Below are positions 36,843-47,788 of a stretch of DNA of 64,000 nt, in pieces. Each line of letters starts with the position of its first letter. Within the stretch, counting starts at the first letter, position 1. Origin of the DNA: Patescibacteria group bacterium (GTDB lineage: Bacteria > Patescibacteriota > Patescibacteriia > S139-126 > S139-133); contig JBMYTV010000003.1 of the NCBI GenBank assembly GCA_049604715.1, positions 4,228 through 68,227 of the forward strand. The letters run 5' to 3'. Both the position numbers and the translations under genes were made by a program. Below the pieces are notes generated by a model that was not told the origin of the DNA, did not search any database, and saw only the letters and a program-made list of their open reading frames with translations.

Positions 36843-37727
36843 TTACTCAAATTGCTCAATAGTGAATGGCAAAATATTATCAGGATCAAGCAAGTTTGTC
36901 GACAGCTCTACTCGCCATCCTGTCACCTGCGGGATACTATAAAACCACCGAACACTCATGGGCTTAGCTTGCCCTGACCGCACCTCTGATGCTTGTAGCT
37001 GCGCTACTCCCACAATTCTCTGCCCACTCAACAAAATAGCCCTAACATCTACATTGCGATAGTTATACACAGAGTCATTCATAATATCAAAGGAGAGCTC
37101 ACGTGTTGTTGGAGTTAGCTGCTTGGTTGTGACTGCGTCTGCAGATAGTCCAATGTCAATAAATCTACCATCAACATAAAAAGTATTATCACGAATACGC
37201 TTCCACTGTTCAGATACTGTCACTACCTTTACACCTTGCGAATTACTAAATGCATTAACAAGATCTGGATCATCAACACTCAAAAGCATCAGTGTCTTTT
37301 GTTCACGTGGCAAAATATACTCACTCAGTTCTTCACTTTGCCATGAGCCAGCGGTAAATGCTACGCGAAGCTCTGGCATCCAATGTTTTTCATTTGGATT
37401 TACTACTTCTACCAAAATATCATACACCCCTTGTTCGCGTGTCACGATCTGTACGGTTCTCCACTGAAGTGGGCGCGGACTGTACCGCTGTAGTTGATCA
37501 CCGCTCAAAAGTGATGTGTCAGTAATCTGCTGCTGAATCGTTCCAATCTCATCAAGTCCGTAAAAATCAATAAACTGCTTGATGTTGTAAAATACCAAAC
37601 CACCAGCTAATAAAAATCCAAGTGACAAAGCAATAGCCTTGATCATTACCCGGTTACGAGTAAACCAATACCCGAACTTAAGCTGGCCTTCTGTAAAGTC
37701 TTCAAATTGTTGTGGGGATTGAGCCAT
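36843..37727 (-). CDS. Bitopic membrane protein of unknown function (upstream partner of SEDS gene)
   Basis: Cytoplasmic N-terminus, one TM helix (IKAIALSLGFLLAGGLVFYNI), then a periplasmic domain. It abuts the SEDS gene with no gap. Confidence 0.4.
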   Translation of the reverse strand: MAQSPQQFEDFTEGQLKFGYWFTRNRVMIKAIALSLGFLLAGGLVFYNIKQFIDFYGLDEIGTIQQQITDTSLLSGDQLQRYSPRPLQWRTVQIVTREQGVYDILVEVVNPNEKHWMPELRVAFTAGSWQSEELSEYILPREQKTLMLLSVDDPDLVNAFSNSQGVKVVTVSEQWKRIRDNTFYVDGRFIDIGLSADAVTTKQLTPTTRELSFDIMNDSVYNYRNVDVRAILLSGQRIVGVAQLQASEVRSGQAKPMSVRWFYSIPQVTGWRVELSTNLLDPDNILPFTIEQFE

Positions 37728-37863
37728 GAGCGCAAAAATATACGTTATCTATATTGTATCGCATTTGCTCTTGATTGTGAACGTATCACCTTGACAATTC
37801 ACTAACTTTCTACTACAGTAGTATGCAACGAACCAACCAAAACGTTCATTTAAAACGGGAGAT

Positions 37864-38547
37864 GTGATGGATATTGAAACCATCTTGAGGGCATTTTCAA
37901 AATTTAAAAATCGGAACGACTATAATGAAATGGCATTCGTTCCATGGGGTAAAAAGAATGTAAGGGGCAGTACTGTCTTTGAATGGAAGAAAAAAGGTAA
38001 GAGATCTGCGTATTGGCGAGTCAAGATCAGACACAGACCTGCAAAAGTGAAGACTATCTACTGCATGACAATGAACAAGGGTAAAACAATCCAGAAACCT
38101 TCGATCATTGTCTCATTTAATTTCTTCATAAACGTAGACAAGATCAATGCACGAGAGCTGGGACTGACCTACACTAAAGGTAAGTACAAGCGTGTGTACT
38201 ATGCTGGTGGCGTTGTTGTCGCAGAAATCACCTCTTTGTTGAACCGAATTCGTATTAGAAAAGTCTGCGATGAGACAGTGGATTTGTTAAATACAATTTT
38301 AGGCAAAACACAAAATGACTCACTGTCTTTCAAAAAACGTGACATCGGAGCCAAAGTTGCTTCTCCATCATCAAAAAGAGAAGATCAAGCCAGAATACCA
38401 ACGCTTGATATCCGAGGCGATGTAGCAGTTGCCAATCGGATGGAGCTTATCCAAAAATGGCTTCTTGTCAGAAGGATTCAGCGAGCTAAGCTACTAGAAA
38501 TGTCAAATACCCAGCTAATTATCTGGATCCGTAACAATTGTTTGTAA
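37864..38547 (+). CDS. Hypothetical basic protein
   Basis: 227-aa ORF with a clean terminator downstream. No recognisable motif. Confidence 0.4.
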   Translation: MMDIETILRAFSKFKNRNDYNEMAFVPWGKKNVRGSTVFEWKKKGKRSAYWRVKIRHRPAKVKTIYCMTMNKGKTIQKPSIIVSFNFFINVDKINARELGLTYTKGKYKRVYYAGGVVVAEITSLLNRIRIRKVCDETVDLLNTILGKTQNDSLSFKKRDIGAKVASPSSKREDQARIPTLDIRGDVAVANRMELIQKWLLVRRIQRAKLLEMSNTQLIIWIRNNCL

Positions 38548-38562
38548 ACATCTACACCCCCT

Positions 38563-38586
38563 CCTACCAAAATGGTAGGATTTTTT
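38563..38586 (+). terminator. Rho-independent terminator
   Basis: cctacc-aaaat-ggtagg hairpin followed by ATTTTTTATT. Confidence 0.6.
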
Positions 38587-38638
38587 ATTGGTTTTTGAGA
38601 TCTGGTATACTATACGTATAACCATTTATTATATTTGT

Positions 38639-38959
38639 ATGGGTTTATTTGAGTACGCACAAGAAATCATGTACTTAAGCTTTGCGCTCGGAGCTTTGCT
38701 GATTGCTGGTGCATTTACTTGGCTTGTTGCTACTGTTATCAAAATAGTACGTGACATCCAAGTAGTAGTTGATAAAACCAAAACCGCTGTCACCATGCTT
38801 CATGATGTCAGTGCAGTTGCAAAAGAAAAAATAAGCGACTTCTCCACTCAGTTCAATGTTGTCACAACTGGTGTTGGTGCGATCCTTAAATGGATTGATA
38901 ACCGCAATAGCAACCATGCACCAACGCGTGATAAAGAAGACACTGAATCCGAAGAATAA
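38639..38959 (+). CDS. Small membrane protein (hypothetical)
   Basis: A TM helix ([22 protein letters not shown]) and an acidic C-terminus. The start is placed at the internal Met, because the track start abuts the upstream terminator. Confidence 0.35.
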   Translation: MGLFEYAQEIMYLSFALGALLIAGAFTWLVATVIKIVRDIQVVVDKTKTAVTMLHDVSAVAKEKISDFSTQFNVVTTGVGAILKWIDNRNSNHAPTRDKEDTESEE

Positions 38960-38982
38960 CACAAGCACACCCCAAACACCTA

Positions 38983-41900
38983 ATGAGTTTTGTTCACCTG
39001 CATGTACATAGCCACTATTCCCTGCTCGATGGATTATCCAAAATCGATCAGATAATTGATACTGCCAAAACTCACAACATGCCTGCTATTGCCTTGACTG
39101 ACCATGGTGTCATGTACGGAGCAGTAGAGTTTTATAAAAAAGCTAAAAAAGCTGGTATTAAACCCATTATTGGTGTTGAAGTATATTTAGCACCAAATGG
39201 ACGTTTGAATAAAAGATCCAAAACTGACACCACTCGTTACCACTTGGTGCTGCTTGCGCGTAATTTTACTGGATATAAAAACCTAGTAAAACTTACTACA
39301 GAGGCTCATCTTAATGGTTTTTACTATAAACCACGCATTGACTGGGAGTACTTATCTGAGCATGCAGAAGGACTTGTTGCGCTGTCTGGTTGTATGGGTA
39401 GTGAAATTCCCCAAATCATATTGTCAGGCAACATAGAAAAAGCCACGAAGCGCGCCCGTGAGTACCAAGAACTATTTGGTAAAGATAACTACTTTCTAGA
39501 AGTACAGCACCACCCAAACATACCAGACAATCAAAAACTCAATGACGCCCTATTTGCACTTGGCAAGGAACTAGATATACCAGTAGTTGCAACTAATGAT
39601 GCCCACTACCCAGGTACAGATGATAATGAAGCGCATGATATTCTAATATGTCTCCAAACTAAGAAAAAGAAGAACGATACTGATCGTTTGAACTTTTTGG
39701 AAAACAATTTATCTATACTCTCCCCTGATGAAATGCGTGCTGCATTTCCAAATAACCCTGAAGTTATTTCAAACACACTAACTGTGGCTGAGCGCTGCGA
39801 TATTGAGCTTCCGCTTGGTGAAATTCAACTACCCCACTTTGAGCTTCCAGACAATGTAACAGCTGATCAGTACCTGAGGCAGTTGTGTGAGAAAAACATT
39901 GCCAAACTCTACCCAAACGAACCAGAAGAACTACGAGAACGCCTTGACTATGAGTTATCTATTATTGAAAAAACTGGCTATGCGTCTTACTTTCTGATTG
40001 TGCAAGACTTTGTCATCTGGGCAAAAGACCAAGGAATTGTTGTCGGACCAGGCCGTGGATCAGCTGCAGGGTCAATTGTCGCATATCTTACTCGTATTAC
40101 AAATATCGACCCCCTCAAGTATGAACTTCTATTTGAGCGTTTTCTCAACCCCGAACGTATCTCTATGCCTGATATTGATCTTGACTTTGCTGATACCAGG
40201 CGTGATGAAGTCATCGAATACGTGGGTGAAAAATATGGCCATGATCATGTTGCTCAAATCATTACCTTTGGAACCATGGCTGCGCGTGTGGTGGTACGTG
40301 ATGTAGGCCGCGTACTTGGCGCGTCATACTCGCTCTGTGATCAAATAGCAAAAATGATCCCTATGTTTGCATCACTTGATGAAGCACTCTCAACTGTACC
40401 AGAGCTTAAAAATATTTATGAAGAAGATGATCTTGCAAAACAGATTATAGACTCTGCTCGCAAACTTGAAGGTGGTGTGCGGCATACATCAGTACATGCC
40501 TGCGGTGTAGTAATCACAAAGGACCCACTCACTGAATACCTGCCACTGCAACACTCTGCAACTGACGACAATGCCATCATCACTCAGTTTGCAGGTGGTC
40601 CTGTAGAAGATATGGGTCTTCTTAAAATGGACTTTTTGGGACTGAAAAACCTCAGTATTATTGAGCGTACACTTACCATTGTAGAAAAAGTACATGGCGA
40701 CAGTATTGATATTGAAACAATTCCACTGGATGACCAAAGAGCTTTTGAACTTTTGCAGCGCGGCGCCACGACTGGTGTGTTTCAACTTGAATCTTCTGGC
40801 ATGAAGCGCTACCTCAAAATGCTTAAGCCAACTGAACTTGAAGATATCATTGCTATGGTAGCACTATACCGTCCAGGTCCTATGGAATTTATTTCTGACT
40901 ATATTGACGGTAAGCATGGCAAAAAGAAAATTACCTACCTTGATAAACGACTTGAACCTATTTTGAAAAAAACATACGGCATTGCGGTGTACCAAGAACA
41001 AATCATGCAAATCGCCCGTGATCTGGCTGGCTTTACTTATGGCGAAGCTGATGTTTTACGTAAAGCTGTGGGTAAAAAGATTAAAGAACTTCTTGATGAA
41101 CAAGAAGGTAAGCTAATTGATGGATTAGTACAAAATGGTCTTGATAAAAAAACAGCAGAACACATCTGGGAGTTTATCTTGCCGTTTGCCCGATATGGTT
41201 TCAACAGGTCTCATGCTGCTTGCTATGCTATGATCGCCTATCAAACTGCATATCTTAAAGCAAACTACCCCGTTGCCTTTATGGCTGCTCTACTGACTGC
41301 AGACCAAGGTAATCTTGAACGCGTTGCGATTGAGATTCAAGAATGCCGTGAAATGGGCATTGAGGTTTTACCGCCTGATGTCAATGAAAGTTTTTCTGAC
41401 TTTGCTGTAATTGCAAATAGCATACAGACAGACACCCCGCGCATTCGTTTTGGGTTTAAAGCTATTAAAAACGTTGGCAGTGGCATTATTAAAGCTATTC
41501 GTGATGAAATAAAAGAAAATGGACCATTTACCTCAATTGCAGACTTCTTGTTCCGCGTGCAAGATAAAGACATGAACAAAAAATCACTTGAAAGTTTGAT
41601 TAAGTCAGGTACATTGAACTCGCTTTGCGAACAAAAACAGTTACTTGAGAATCTTGATATGATGCTGAACTACAACCGTATTGCCAAACAAGAATCATCA
41701 AGTGGGCAGACAAATCTTTTTGGTATGATGGATGACACACTACCCCCTCTCACACTTACACCAACTGAAGAACTAGATACAGAGACGCAGCTTTTATGGG
41801 AAAAAGAATATTTGGGACTTTATATTACTGATCACCCAATGAATGCATATGCGCCATACCTAAAAGACATCTCCATTGTCCCCTGCGCTGAACTTAGTGA

Positions 41901-42444
41901 ACATGTTGATGCTGTTGTACGTATAGCAGGTGTGGTGACCAAATTACAACGTATTTTGACACGTAAAGGCGATAGTATGTTATTTGCCTCTCTTGAAGAT
42001 CACACTGGACTTACAGAAGCACTTATATTCCCCAAGCTCTTAGCTAAAACACAACATATCTGGATTGAAGGTACGACTATTTTTATACAAGGCAAAGTAT
42101 CTGACAAAGATGGAGAGATCAAACTACTTGCTGAAAGTGTACAACCTATTAACCTTGAAAAACTCAAAAACGTAACAAATGAGAAAATTCAACATGCAAC
42201 CCAGTCATCATTTGTAATTGATGATAAAGGCGACCGCATAGTGTTGCATTTACCAAAAAGGCCCCAACCAGAACTACTTGAAAAACTAAAAAACCTATTT
42301 GTAGAGCATCCTGGTGAGCATCAAGTACACCTGCGTATTGTTGAGCATGATGATGCAACCACGATTGCCACCCAATTTTCCATTGGGTATAATGAATATG
42401 TAGGTGAGAAAATAAAAGTTCTCATGTTTGAACACTTAGTATAA
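38983..42444 (+). CDS. dnaE: DNA polymerase III alpha subunit
   Basis: PHP domain N-terminus [17 protein letters not shown], polymerase core motifs, and a 1153-aa length. Confidence 0.95.
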   Translation: MSFVHLHVHSHYSLLDGLSKIDQIIDTAKTHNMPAIALTDHGVMYGAVEFYKKAKKAGIKPIIGVEVYLAPNGRLNKRSKTDTTRYHLVLLARNFTGYKNLVKLTTEAHLNGFYYKPRIDWEYLSEHAEGLVALSGCMGSEIPQIILSGNIEKATKRAREYQELFGKDNYFLEVQHHPNIPDNQKLNDALFALGKELDIPVVATNDAHYPGTDDNEAHDILICLQTKKKKNDTDRLNFLENNLSILSPDEMRAAFPNNPEVISNTLTVAERCDIELPLGEIQLPHFELPDNVTADQYLRQLCEKNIAKLYPNEPEELRERLDYELSIIEKTGYASYFLIVQDFVIWAKDQGIVVGPGRGSAAGSIVAYLTRITNIDPLKYELLFERFLNPERISMPDIDLDFADTRRDEVIEYVGEKYGHDHVAQIITFGTMAARVVVRDVGRVLGASYSLCDQIAKMIPMFASLDEALSTVPELKNIYEEDDLAKQIIDSARKLEGGVRHTSVHACGVVITKDPLTEYLPLQHSATDDNAIITQFAGGPVEDMGLLKMDFLGLKNLSIIERTLTIVEKVHGDSIDIETIPLDDQRAFELLQRGATTGVFQLESSGMKRYLKMLKPTELEDIIAMVALYRPGPMEFISDYIDGKHGKKKITYLDKRLEPILKKTYGIAVYQEQIMQIARDLAGFTYGEADVLRKAVGKKIKELLDEQEGKLIDGLVQNGLDKKTAEHIWEFILPFARYGFNRSHAACYAMIAYQTAYLKANYPVAFMAALLTADQGNLERVAIEIQECREMGIEVLPPDVNESFSDFAVIANSIQTDTPRIRFGFKAIKNVGSGIIKAIRDEIKENGPFTSIADFLFRVQDKDMNKKSLESLIKSGTLNSLCEQKQLLENLDMMLNYNRIAKQESSSGQTNLFGMMDDTLPPLTLTPTEELDTETQLLWEKEYLGLYITDHPMNAYAPYLKDISIVPCAELSEHVDAVVRIAGVVTKLQRILTRKGDSMLFASLEDHTGLTEALIFPKLLAKTQHIWIEGTTIFIQGKVSDKDGEIKLLAESVQPINLEKLKNVTNEKIQHATQSSFVIDDKGDRIVLHLPKRPQPELLEKLKNLFVEHPGEHQVHLRIVEHDDATTIATQFSIGYNEYVGEKIKVLMFEHLV

Positions 42445-42452
42445 GCAAACAT

Positions 42453-43607
42453 ATGCCTAAAAAAGCACGAAAAAACGTACGACAAAACCAAGTGTCTTCA
42501 TTTCACCAACGAATGACTATTGGCTTTTTAGTGGTGAGCTCATTGCTTGTATTACTTATCTTTTACTTTACTGTTGCAGAGGTACATATAAAAATAGTAC
42601 CCGAATCATCAGATTTAATGACTGAGTTTAGTGTTGAGCTTCTTCCTGATGTAGAAACAACTCTTGCTGGTACCAACATCATTCCTGCAACCATTACTAC
42701 AGGCACAGAAACACGTACCCAGACCATCAGACTTGAAGGCGGCACTCCTGTTCCAGCTGTTGCAACCGGAATGGTGACTATTATCAACAATTATTCTCGT
42801 TCGCAGCCACTTATAGCAACAACACGTCTGCTCACACCAGATGGCAAGCTCTTCCGTATCAGCGAAGGCGTAACAGTCCCAGCTGGTGGAAGTGTTGAAG
42901 TTGAAGCATATGCAGATGAAGCAGGAGCTGAGTTTGAAATTGGACCTAGTACCTTTACCATCCCTGGACTATGGGAAGGCTTGCAAGATGATATTTATGC
43001 AGAAAGCAGTGCTGACTTCACTGGTGGTACTGTTCTTGAGAAAACAGTTAATGAAAATGTCATTGACAGTAAATCTCAAGAATTTGTTGACCAGCTAACC
43101 CAAGACATCGAGCGTACTACTTACCCAGAAGAAGGATATGTACAAATTGCACGAGTAACTGGCGACGCAACCTGGGAAGCTAATGTAGAACCAGGCGCAA
43201 CTGTTGAAAACTTCCAAATCACAGTTAATATTCCAGTCACAACAGTAATGTTTGCTCAAAGTGACCTTGATAGCGTTGCAGTAAACACTTTGGTAAGCCA
43301 AACTCCACCATACCAACAGTTCCTATCTGCAGACCTCTCTCAGCTTACCTATGACATTGTTAATGTAGAAAATGATGGTAGCGGTGCAACGATTGAAGCT
43401 CAAGTAAGGGGCAAAAGCGCAAGTAGACTACAACGTGATAACCTTGATATCTCAGAACTAAAAGGCAAACAGTACGAAGAACTTATCGAACATGTAGAAA
43501 ACATCCCAGGTGTAGCTGATGTACAAATATCATTTACCCCGTCATGGCTCAAAAAGGTCCCGTCACTGCAAGATCATGTGTTTATAGAAATTATTGATAG
43601 TAATTAA
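42453..43607 (+). CDS. Membrane-anchored hypothetical protein
   Basis: N-terminal basic segment plus TM helix (MTIGFLVVSSLLVLLIFYF). The extracytoplasmic domain has no recognisable motif. It lies immediately downstream of dnaE. Confidence 0.4.
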   Translation: MPKKARKNVRQNQVSSFHQRMTIGFLVVSSLLVLLIFYFTVAEVHIKIVPESSDLMTEFSVELLPDVETTLAGTNIIPATITTGTETRTQTIRLEGGTPVPAVATGMVTIINNYSRSQPLIATTRLLTPDGKLFRISEGVTVPAGGSVEVEAYADEAGAEFEIGPSTFTIPGLWEGLQDDIYAESSADFTGGTVLEKTVNENVIDSKSQEFVDQLTQDIERTTYPEEGYVQIARVTGDATWEANVEPGATVENFQITVNIPVTTVMFAQSDLDSVAVNTLVSQTPPYQQFLSADLSQLTYDIVNVENDGSGATIEAQVRGKSASRLQRDNLDISELKGKQYEELIEHVENIPGVADVQISFTPSWLKKVPSLQDHVFIEIIDSN

Positions 43608-43624
43608 TCTTTTCATTTTTAAAC

Positions 43625-43657
43625 CCCACTTACATTTAAGTGGGGTTGATTTTTGCA
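43625..43657. terminator. Bidirectional hairpin terminator between convergent genes
   Basis: aaccccactt-acattt-aagtggggtt, a 10-bp stem flanked by T-runs (plus strand) and A-runs. Confidence 0.65.
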
Positions 43658-43665
43658 TTTTAATC

Positions 43666-44031
43666 TTATATTTCAGTTAACATCTCCTTAATACTGGGTA
43701 AAGTGAACTGGAACATACCATCTTGTGCCCGGGATTTCCGTGACTCCTCATCAATACTGACAAAATGATGCCCGATAAGATTTTTGAGCTTTTTGACTGG
43801 CTCGGTGTATTGGTCTATAGTATTAATTTTCAAACCAACATCTATTGGCCGTTCAAGTCGTAGTTCTTCAACAAGCTTGCCTATGAATGTGCCTCTACCA
43901 CAACCAAGGTTAGAATTGCCTTTGGTTGAATCAAGCACAAAATAACGAGTTCCTCTTAAGAGAAACGACTTAACTATTTTGCGCTTTTGCTTCTTTTTCT
44001 TTTTACTTGGAATAAAATCCATATCACTCAC
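43666..44031 (-). CDS. Hypothetical protein (possible truncated SAM-MTase-like fragment)
   Basis: 121 aa. A VLDSTKGNSNLGCGRGTF glycine-rich segment and a Lys-rich N-terminus. Confidence 0.3.
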   Translation of the reverse strand: MSDMDFIPSKKKKKQKRKIVKSFLLRGTRYFVLDSTKGNSNLGCGRGTFIGKLVEELRLERPIDVGLKINTIDQYTEPVKKLKNLIGHHFVSIDEESRKSRAQDGMFQFTLPSIKEMLTEI

Positions 44032-44122
44032 CTCTTTAGATTAAACAAAGCATTAGAAGAGAATCATTACTTGATTCCCCTTGATTTCTTGACCAAATAT
44101 ATCTCCATGCTATACTAGCTCT

Positions 44123-44328
44123 GTCAGAATACATGTGTATACAACCTTTATACAGGGAGAAGCAACCATAGACTGAGAGTTGTTTTATAAATAAGGTATA
44201 CATATACCACCTGATGCACATTTGTGCTACAACCTCATACATAATGAAGTGTCTCATTTTTTGAGAAATTCGGGTGGAACCGCCCATGTGGGTCCCGGAA
44301 AGCTGTATAGCTTTGTCGGGATTTTTTG
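44123..44328 (+). ncRNA. T-box riboswitch leader of thrS
   Basis: Promoter TTGACC (44089-44094), 16-nt spacer, TATACT (44111-44116). Conserved T-box sequence AAATTCGGGTGGAACCGCCC at 44266-44285, against the consensus AANNNGGGTGGNACCGCG. Terminator hairpin cccggaaagc...gctttgtcggg (44294-44320) plus ATTTTTTG. It is directly upstream of an aminoacyl-tRNA synthetase gene. Confidence 0.6.
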
Positions 44329-44407
44329 TATCTAATGACAGAATTCTAAAATGCACTATACACTTTATAAAGGAACATAACTAACCATTTAACACATCAG
44401 CTGCTTT

Positions 44408-46183
44408 ATGTCAAAGAAACCAGATTTACATAATCTATCTGACCTAGACAAAATTCGACACTCAGTTGCCCATCTTATGGCGGCCGCAGTGCTCAAACTA
44501 TGGCCAGATACCAAAATGACACTTGGTCCACCTATTGAAAATGGCTTCTACTATGACTTTGCTTTTAGTCAGCCAATCTCTGATGACGACCTACCAAAGA
44601 TTGAGAAAACCATGAAAAAAATACTTCCAACATGGAAGTCATTTGATGGTAAAAAAATATCAGCAGAAGAAGCGCAGGAGCTCTTTAAGGGAAATGAGTT
44701 TAAACTAGAAATGATCAACCAACTTGATCAAGAGAACGAAACCATTACCGTTTATACATCAGGAGATTTCACTGACCTCTGTCGTGGCGGTCACGTAGAG
44801 CAACCCAACAAGGAAATGAAACACTTCAAGCTTCTATCTGTAGCAGGTGCGTACTGGCGTGGTGATGAAGCAAACCCTATGCTTACCCGTATTTATGGCA
44901 CTGCATTTGCTACCAAAGAAGAACTTGAGGAGCATCTTTATTTACTTGAAGAAGCTAAAAAGCGTGATCACAGAAAACTAGGAAAAGATCTTGATCTATA
45001 TACATTCTCAGAAGACGTTGGGCCAGGCCTTACCCTTTGGAAGCCAAAAGGCACTGTTATACGTGATGAGCTAGAAAACTGGGGCAAAGAAACTGAACGT
45101 GCATGGGGATATGAGCGAGTTGCTACACCCCATATTGCAAAACACACGCTGTTCGAAACTTCAGGCCACCTCCCCTACTACAAAGACGATATGTACAGCG
45201 CTATGGATATTGATGGCGAGGACTATTACCTCAAAGGTATGAACTGCCCATTGCATCATGAAATCTTTTTATCTAGTGCACACTCATACCGTGACCTACC
45301 ACTTCGCTATGCTGAATACGGCATGGTCTATCGCTATGAACAATCAGGTACCTTATTTGGACTTATGCGTGTACGTTCAATTGAACAAAATGATGCACAT
45401 ATCTACTGTACTATGGACCAAGCAGAGGAAGAATTCTTGCAAGTACTCAAACTTCATGAGTATTATTACCAAAAACTTGGCCTAACTCCAGATGACTATT
45501 ATATTTTGATTGGCCTCCCGGATGAAAGTAAACGTGATAAATATCATGGCGACAAAGAACTTTGGGACAAAGCAGAAGCCATGATGCGATCAGCTATTGA
45601 GAAATCAGGCATCAAAGCCGTAGATGATATTGGCGGCGCTGCCTTTTATGGACCTAAAATTGATATTGTCATCAAGTCAGCTATTGGCCGCGAATTTACA
45701 ATCTCAACTAACCAGCTTGACTTGTTTATGCCGCGCCGGTTCAACCTCCAATACACCAATGATAAAGGTGAAAAAGAATACTGTGCGGTTATTCACCGAG
45801 CCCCGCTTGGATCACACGAAAGGTTTGTTGGCTTTTTGATTGAGCACTTTGCTGGCGAGTTCCCGCTATGGCTCTCGCCTGTGCATGTTAGCCTACTTTC
45901 AGTAGGCGCTGATCACCATGACTTTGTCAAAGAGCTAGCCAGTGAACTTAAGAAAAGCGGACTTCGAGTTGAAGTTGATAATTCTGATGAAACAGTTGGT
46001 AAAAAGATTCGCCATGCTGCAACACAAAAGATTCCGTATGTTCTCGTCATAGGAGATAAAGAAATGAACTCAGATAAACTGCATGTACGTGTTCGTGGAC
46101 AAGAAGAGCTCCTTGAAGTCGACAAAGATACTTTTGTTAAAGGCATACAAAAGAAAATCCAAGACAAAGAGCTATCACTATAA
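44408..46183 (+). CDS. thrS: Threonyl-tRNA synthetase (lacks N-terminal TGS domain)
   Basis: The editing domain starts at HSVAHLMAAAV. Class II motifs are present (FRVRSIEQNDAHIY; GERFVGFLIEH), and so is a C-terminal anticodon-binding domain. 591 aa. Confidence 0.9.
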   Translation: MSKKPDLHNLSDLDKIRHSVAHLMAAAVLKLWPDTKMTLGPPIENGFYYDFAFSQPISDDDLPKIEKTMKKILPTWKSFDGKKISAEEAQELFKGNEFKLEMINQLDQENETITVYTSGDFTDLCRGGHVEQPNKEMKHFKLLSVAGAYWRGDEANPMLTRIYGTAFATKEELEEHLYLLEEAKKRDHRKLGKDLDLYTFSEDVGPGLTLWKPKGTVIRDELENWGKETERAWGYERVATPHIAKHTLFETSGHLPYYKDDMYSAMDIDGEDYYLKGMNCPLHHEIFLSSAHSYRDLPLRYAEYGMVYRYEQSGTLFGLMRVRSIEQNDAHIYCTMDQAEEEFLQVLKLHEYYYQKLGLTPDDYYILIGLPDESKRDKYHGDKELWDKAEAMMRSAIEKSGIKAVDDIGGAAFYGPKIDIVIKSAIGREFTISTNQLDLFMPRRFNLQYTNDKGEKEYCAVIHRAPLGSHERFVGFLIEHFAGEFPLWLSPVHVSLLSVGADHHDFVKELASELKKSGLRVEVDNSDETVGKKIRHAATQKIPYVLVIGDKEMNSDKLHVRVRGQEELLEVDKDTFVKGIQKKIQDKELSL

Positions 46184-46186
46184 AAC

Positions 46187-46218
46187 AAAAGTGCTACTTG
46201 GATATTTGTAGCACTTTT
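46187..46218. terminator. Bidirectional hairpin terminator
   Basis: aaaagtgctac-ttggatattt-gtagcactttt, a 10-11-bp stem between convergent thrS and the membrane-protein gene. Confidence 0.6.
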
Positions 46219-46793
46219 TAAAGCTTTTTGATGATGGATTTTGCTCGCTTACTGCGATGGTGAAAATAATATCCAACCACAATCGCTGTTGCGGCAATAA
46301 CTAACCATGGGATATCTGAGAGAAAATTATAAATCGCTGTGTACGCAGCAAGTCCTGCCTTCAGTATAGAACTCAACATCATAGCCCACATACGAGCATC
46401 ACGGAAAAATACTGCAGCTTTTGTTATCTCTGGATGCACTAAGGCAATTACTGTAAGAAGTGTGAGCTCAAATCCTGTGACAGGTAAAAGACCAAAAACG
46501 AAAATCAATAAAGCAAAACCTACTCGAGAACGCTGATCAAGGTCCAAAATCAAATCAACGACAAATCCACAATGATTATGCAGTAGTGTTGACGGACTGT
46601 CTCCATTTTGTTTGGATCTATGTAGTGTTCGAAAGTACTTGCTCCACAGCATAGTATACTTTAGGAACGAAAGTGCAATCAGCGCCATACAAAACCCAAA
46701 CAAACCAATATGTGGTACCAGCATTTTCTTTGCTGACTCTGGGATACCAAAAAGTCTGATAAAGATTTCAACTAAATCTAGCTGCTCTACCAT
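46218..46793 (-). CDS. Integral membrane hypothetical protein
   Basis: 4-5 predicted TM helices. No confident family assignment. Confidence 0.4.
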   Translation of the reverse strand: MVEQLDLVEIFIRLFGIPESAKKMLVPHIGLFGFCMALIALSFLKYTMLWSKYFRTLHRSKQNGDSPSTLLHNHCGFVVDLILDLDQRSRVGFALLIFVFGLLPVTGFELTLLTVIALVHPEITKAAVFFRDARMWAMMLSSILKAGLAAYTAIYNFLSDIPWLVIAATAIVVGYYFHHRSKRAKSIIKKL

Positions 46794-46849
46794 CTCGATA
46801 TCTCCATTTGTTTTGTTAATCTACATTTGTTTTGATATAACCACATCAC

Positions 46850-47776
46850 ATGCAAAAAGAAAAGCCACAAATCATCTGCATAGTCGGCCCTACAGCATCT
46901 GGTAAAACCAGCGCTGCAATCGACTATGCCAAAAAACACAGTGGATACGTGATCTCAGCTGACTCAAGGCAGCTGTACCGTGGTATGAATATCGGCACTG
47001 CCAAACCAGTTGGCAAAATGCATAAACTCCCTGATATGGATTTGGAAGCGTATGTGGTTGAAGATGTTCCTCACTTTATGATTGATATCGCTGATCCAGA
47101 CAACCCTCTCACACTTGCCGACTACCAAGAGCAGGTGTATACAATTCTACAAAATGAGAACTTACAAAAGCACTACAAGACCCCACTCCTTGTTGGTGGC
47201 ACAGGACTATACATACAAAGTATTGTTGATAACTATACACTACCACATGGCGAGCCAAACCAGGACCTCAGAGTCAATCTAGAATCAAAGGACCTAGAAG
47301 AGCTACAAACTATGCTGCAAGAGCAAGATCCACAAAGTTATAAGGTTATTGATATACAAAATAAACGCCGTCTTATCCGGGCTCTAGAGCATACACTCAC
47401 AACAGGTGATTCATTTGCAGATGCACAAAGGGCTAACAAATCACCATATACATTTATTTTATATGGCATATCTGTACAAAAAGATATTCTGCATACTCGT
47501 ATAAATACAAGGGTTGATGAGATGATCAAAAGTGGACTTATAGAAGAAGTACGATCACTGTATACAAAATATGGCAAAATTCAAACCCTCGACACTATCG
47601 GATACACTGAGGTTATCAACTACCTTAATGGTAACTTAGAAAAACAAGAAGCAATTGAGCAAATAAAAGTTCACACTAGGCAATATGCCAAACGGCAAAT
47701 GACGTGGTTCAAACGAGACAAACGTATTCAGTGGACAGAGGATAGTAGTACAATTAGTAAAACACCTACATTGTAG
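46850..47776 (+). CDS. miaA: tRNA dimethylallyltransferase
   Basis: P-loop ICIVGPTASGKTSAAIDYAKK, the ADSRQLYRGMNIGTAKP motif, and an IPP-transferase-typical length. Confidence 0.85.
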   Translation: MQKEKPQIICIVGPTASGKTSAAIDYAKKHSGYVISADSRQLYRGMNIGTAKPVGKMHKLPDMDLEAYVVEDVPHFMIDIADPDNPLTLADYQEQVYTILQNENLQKHYKTPLLVGGTGLYIQSIVDNYTLPHGEPNQDLRVNLESKDLEELQTMLQEQDPQSYKVIDIQNKRRLIRALEHTLTTGDSFADAQRANKSPYTFILYGISVQKDILHTRINTRVDEMIKSGLIEEVRSLYTKYGKIQTLDTIGYTEVINYLNGNLEKQEAIEQIKVHTRQYAKRQMTWFKRDKRIQWTEDSSTISKTPTL

Positions 47777-47788
47777 GTGTTTTTAAAT

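Noticed and set aside
44036-44356. 106-aa minus-strand ORF in the thrS upstream region
   Set aside because: It lies entirely within the T-box leader RNA region, on the opposite strand from the conserved T-box motif and terminator. It has no homology signal and is most likely a spurious ORF.
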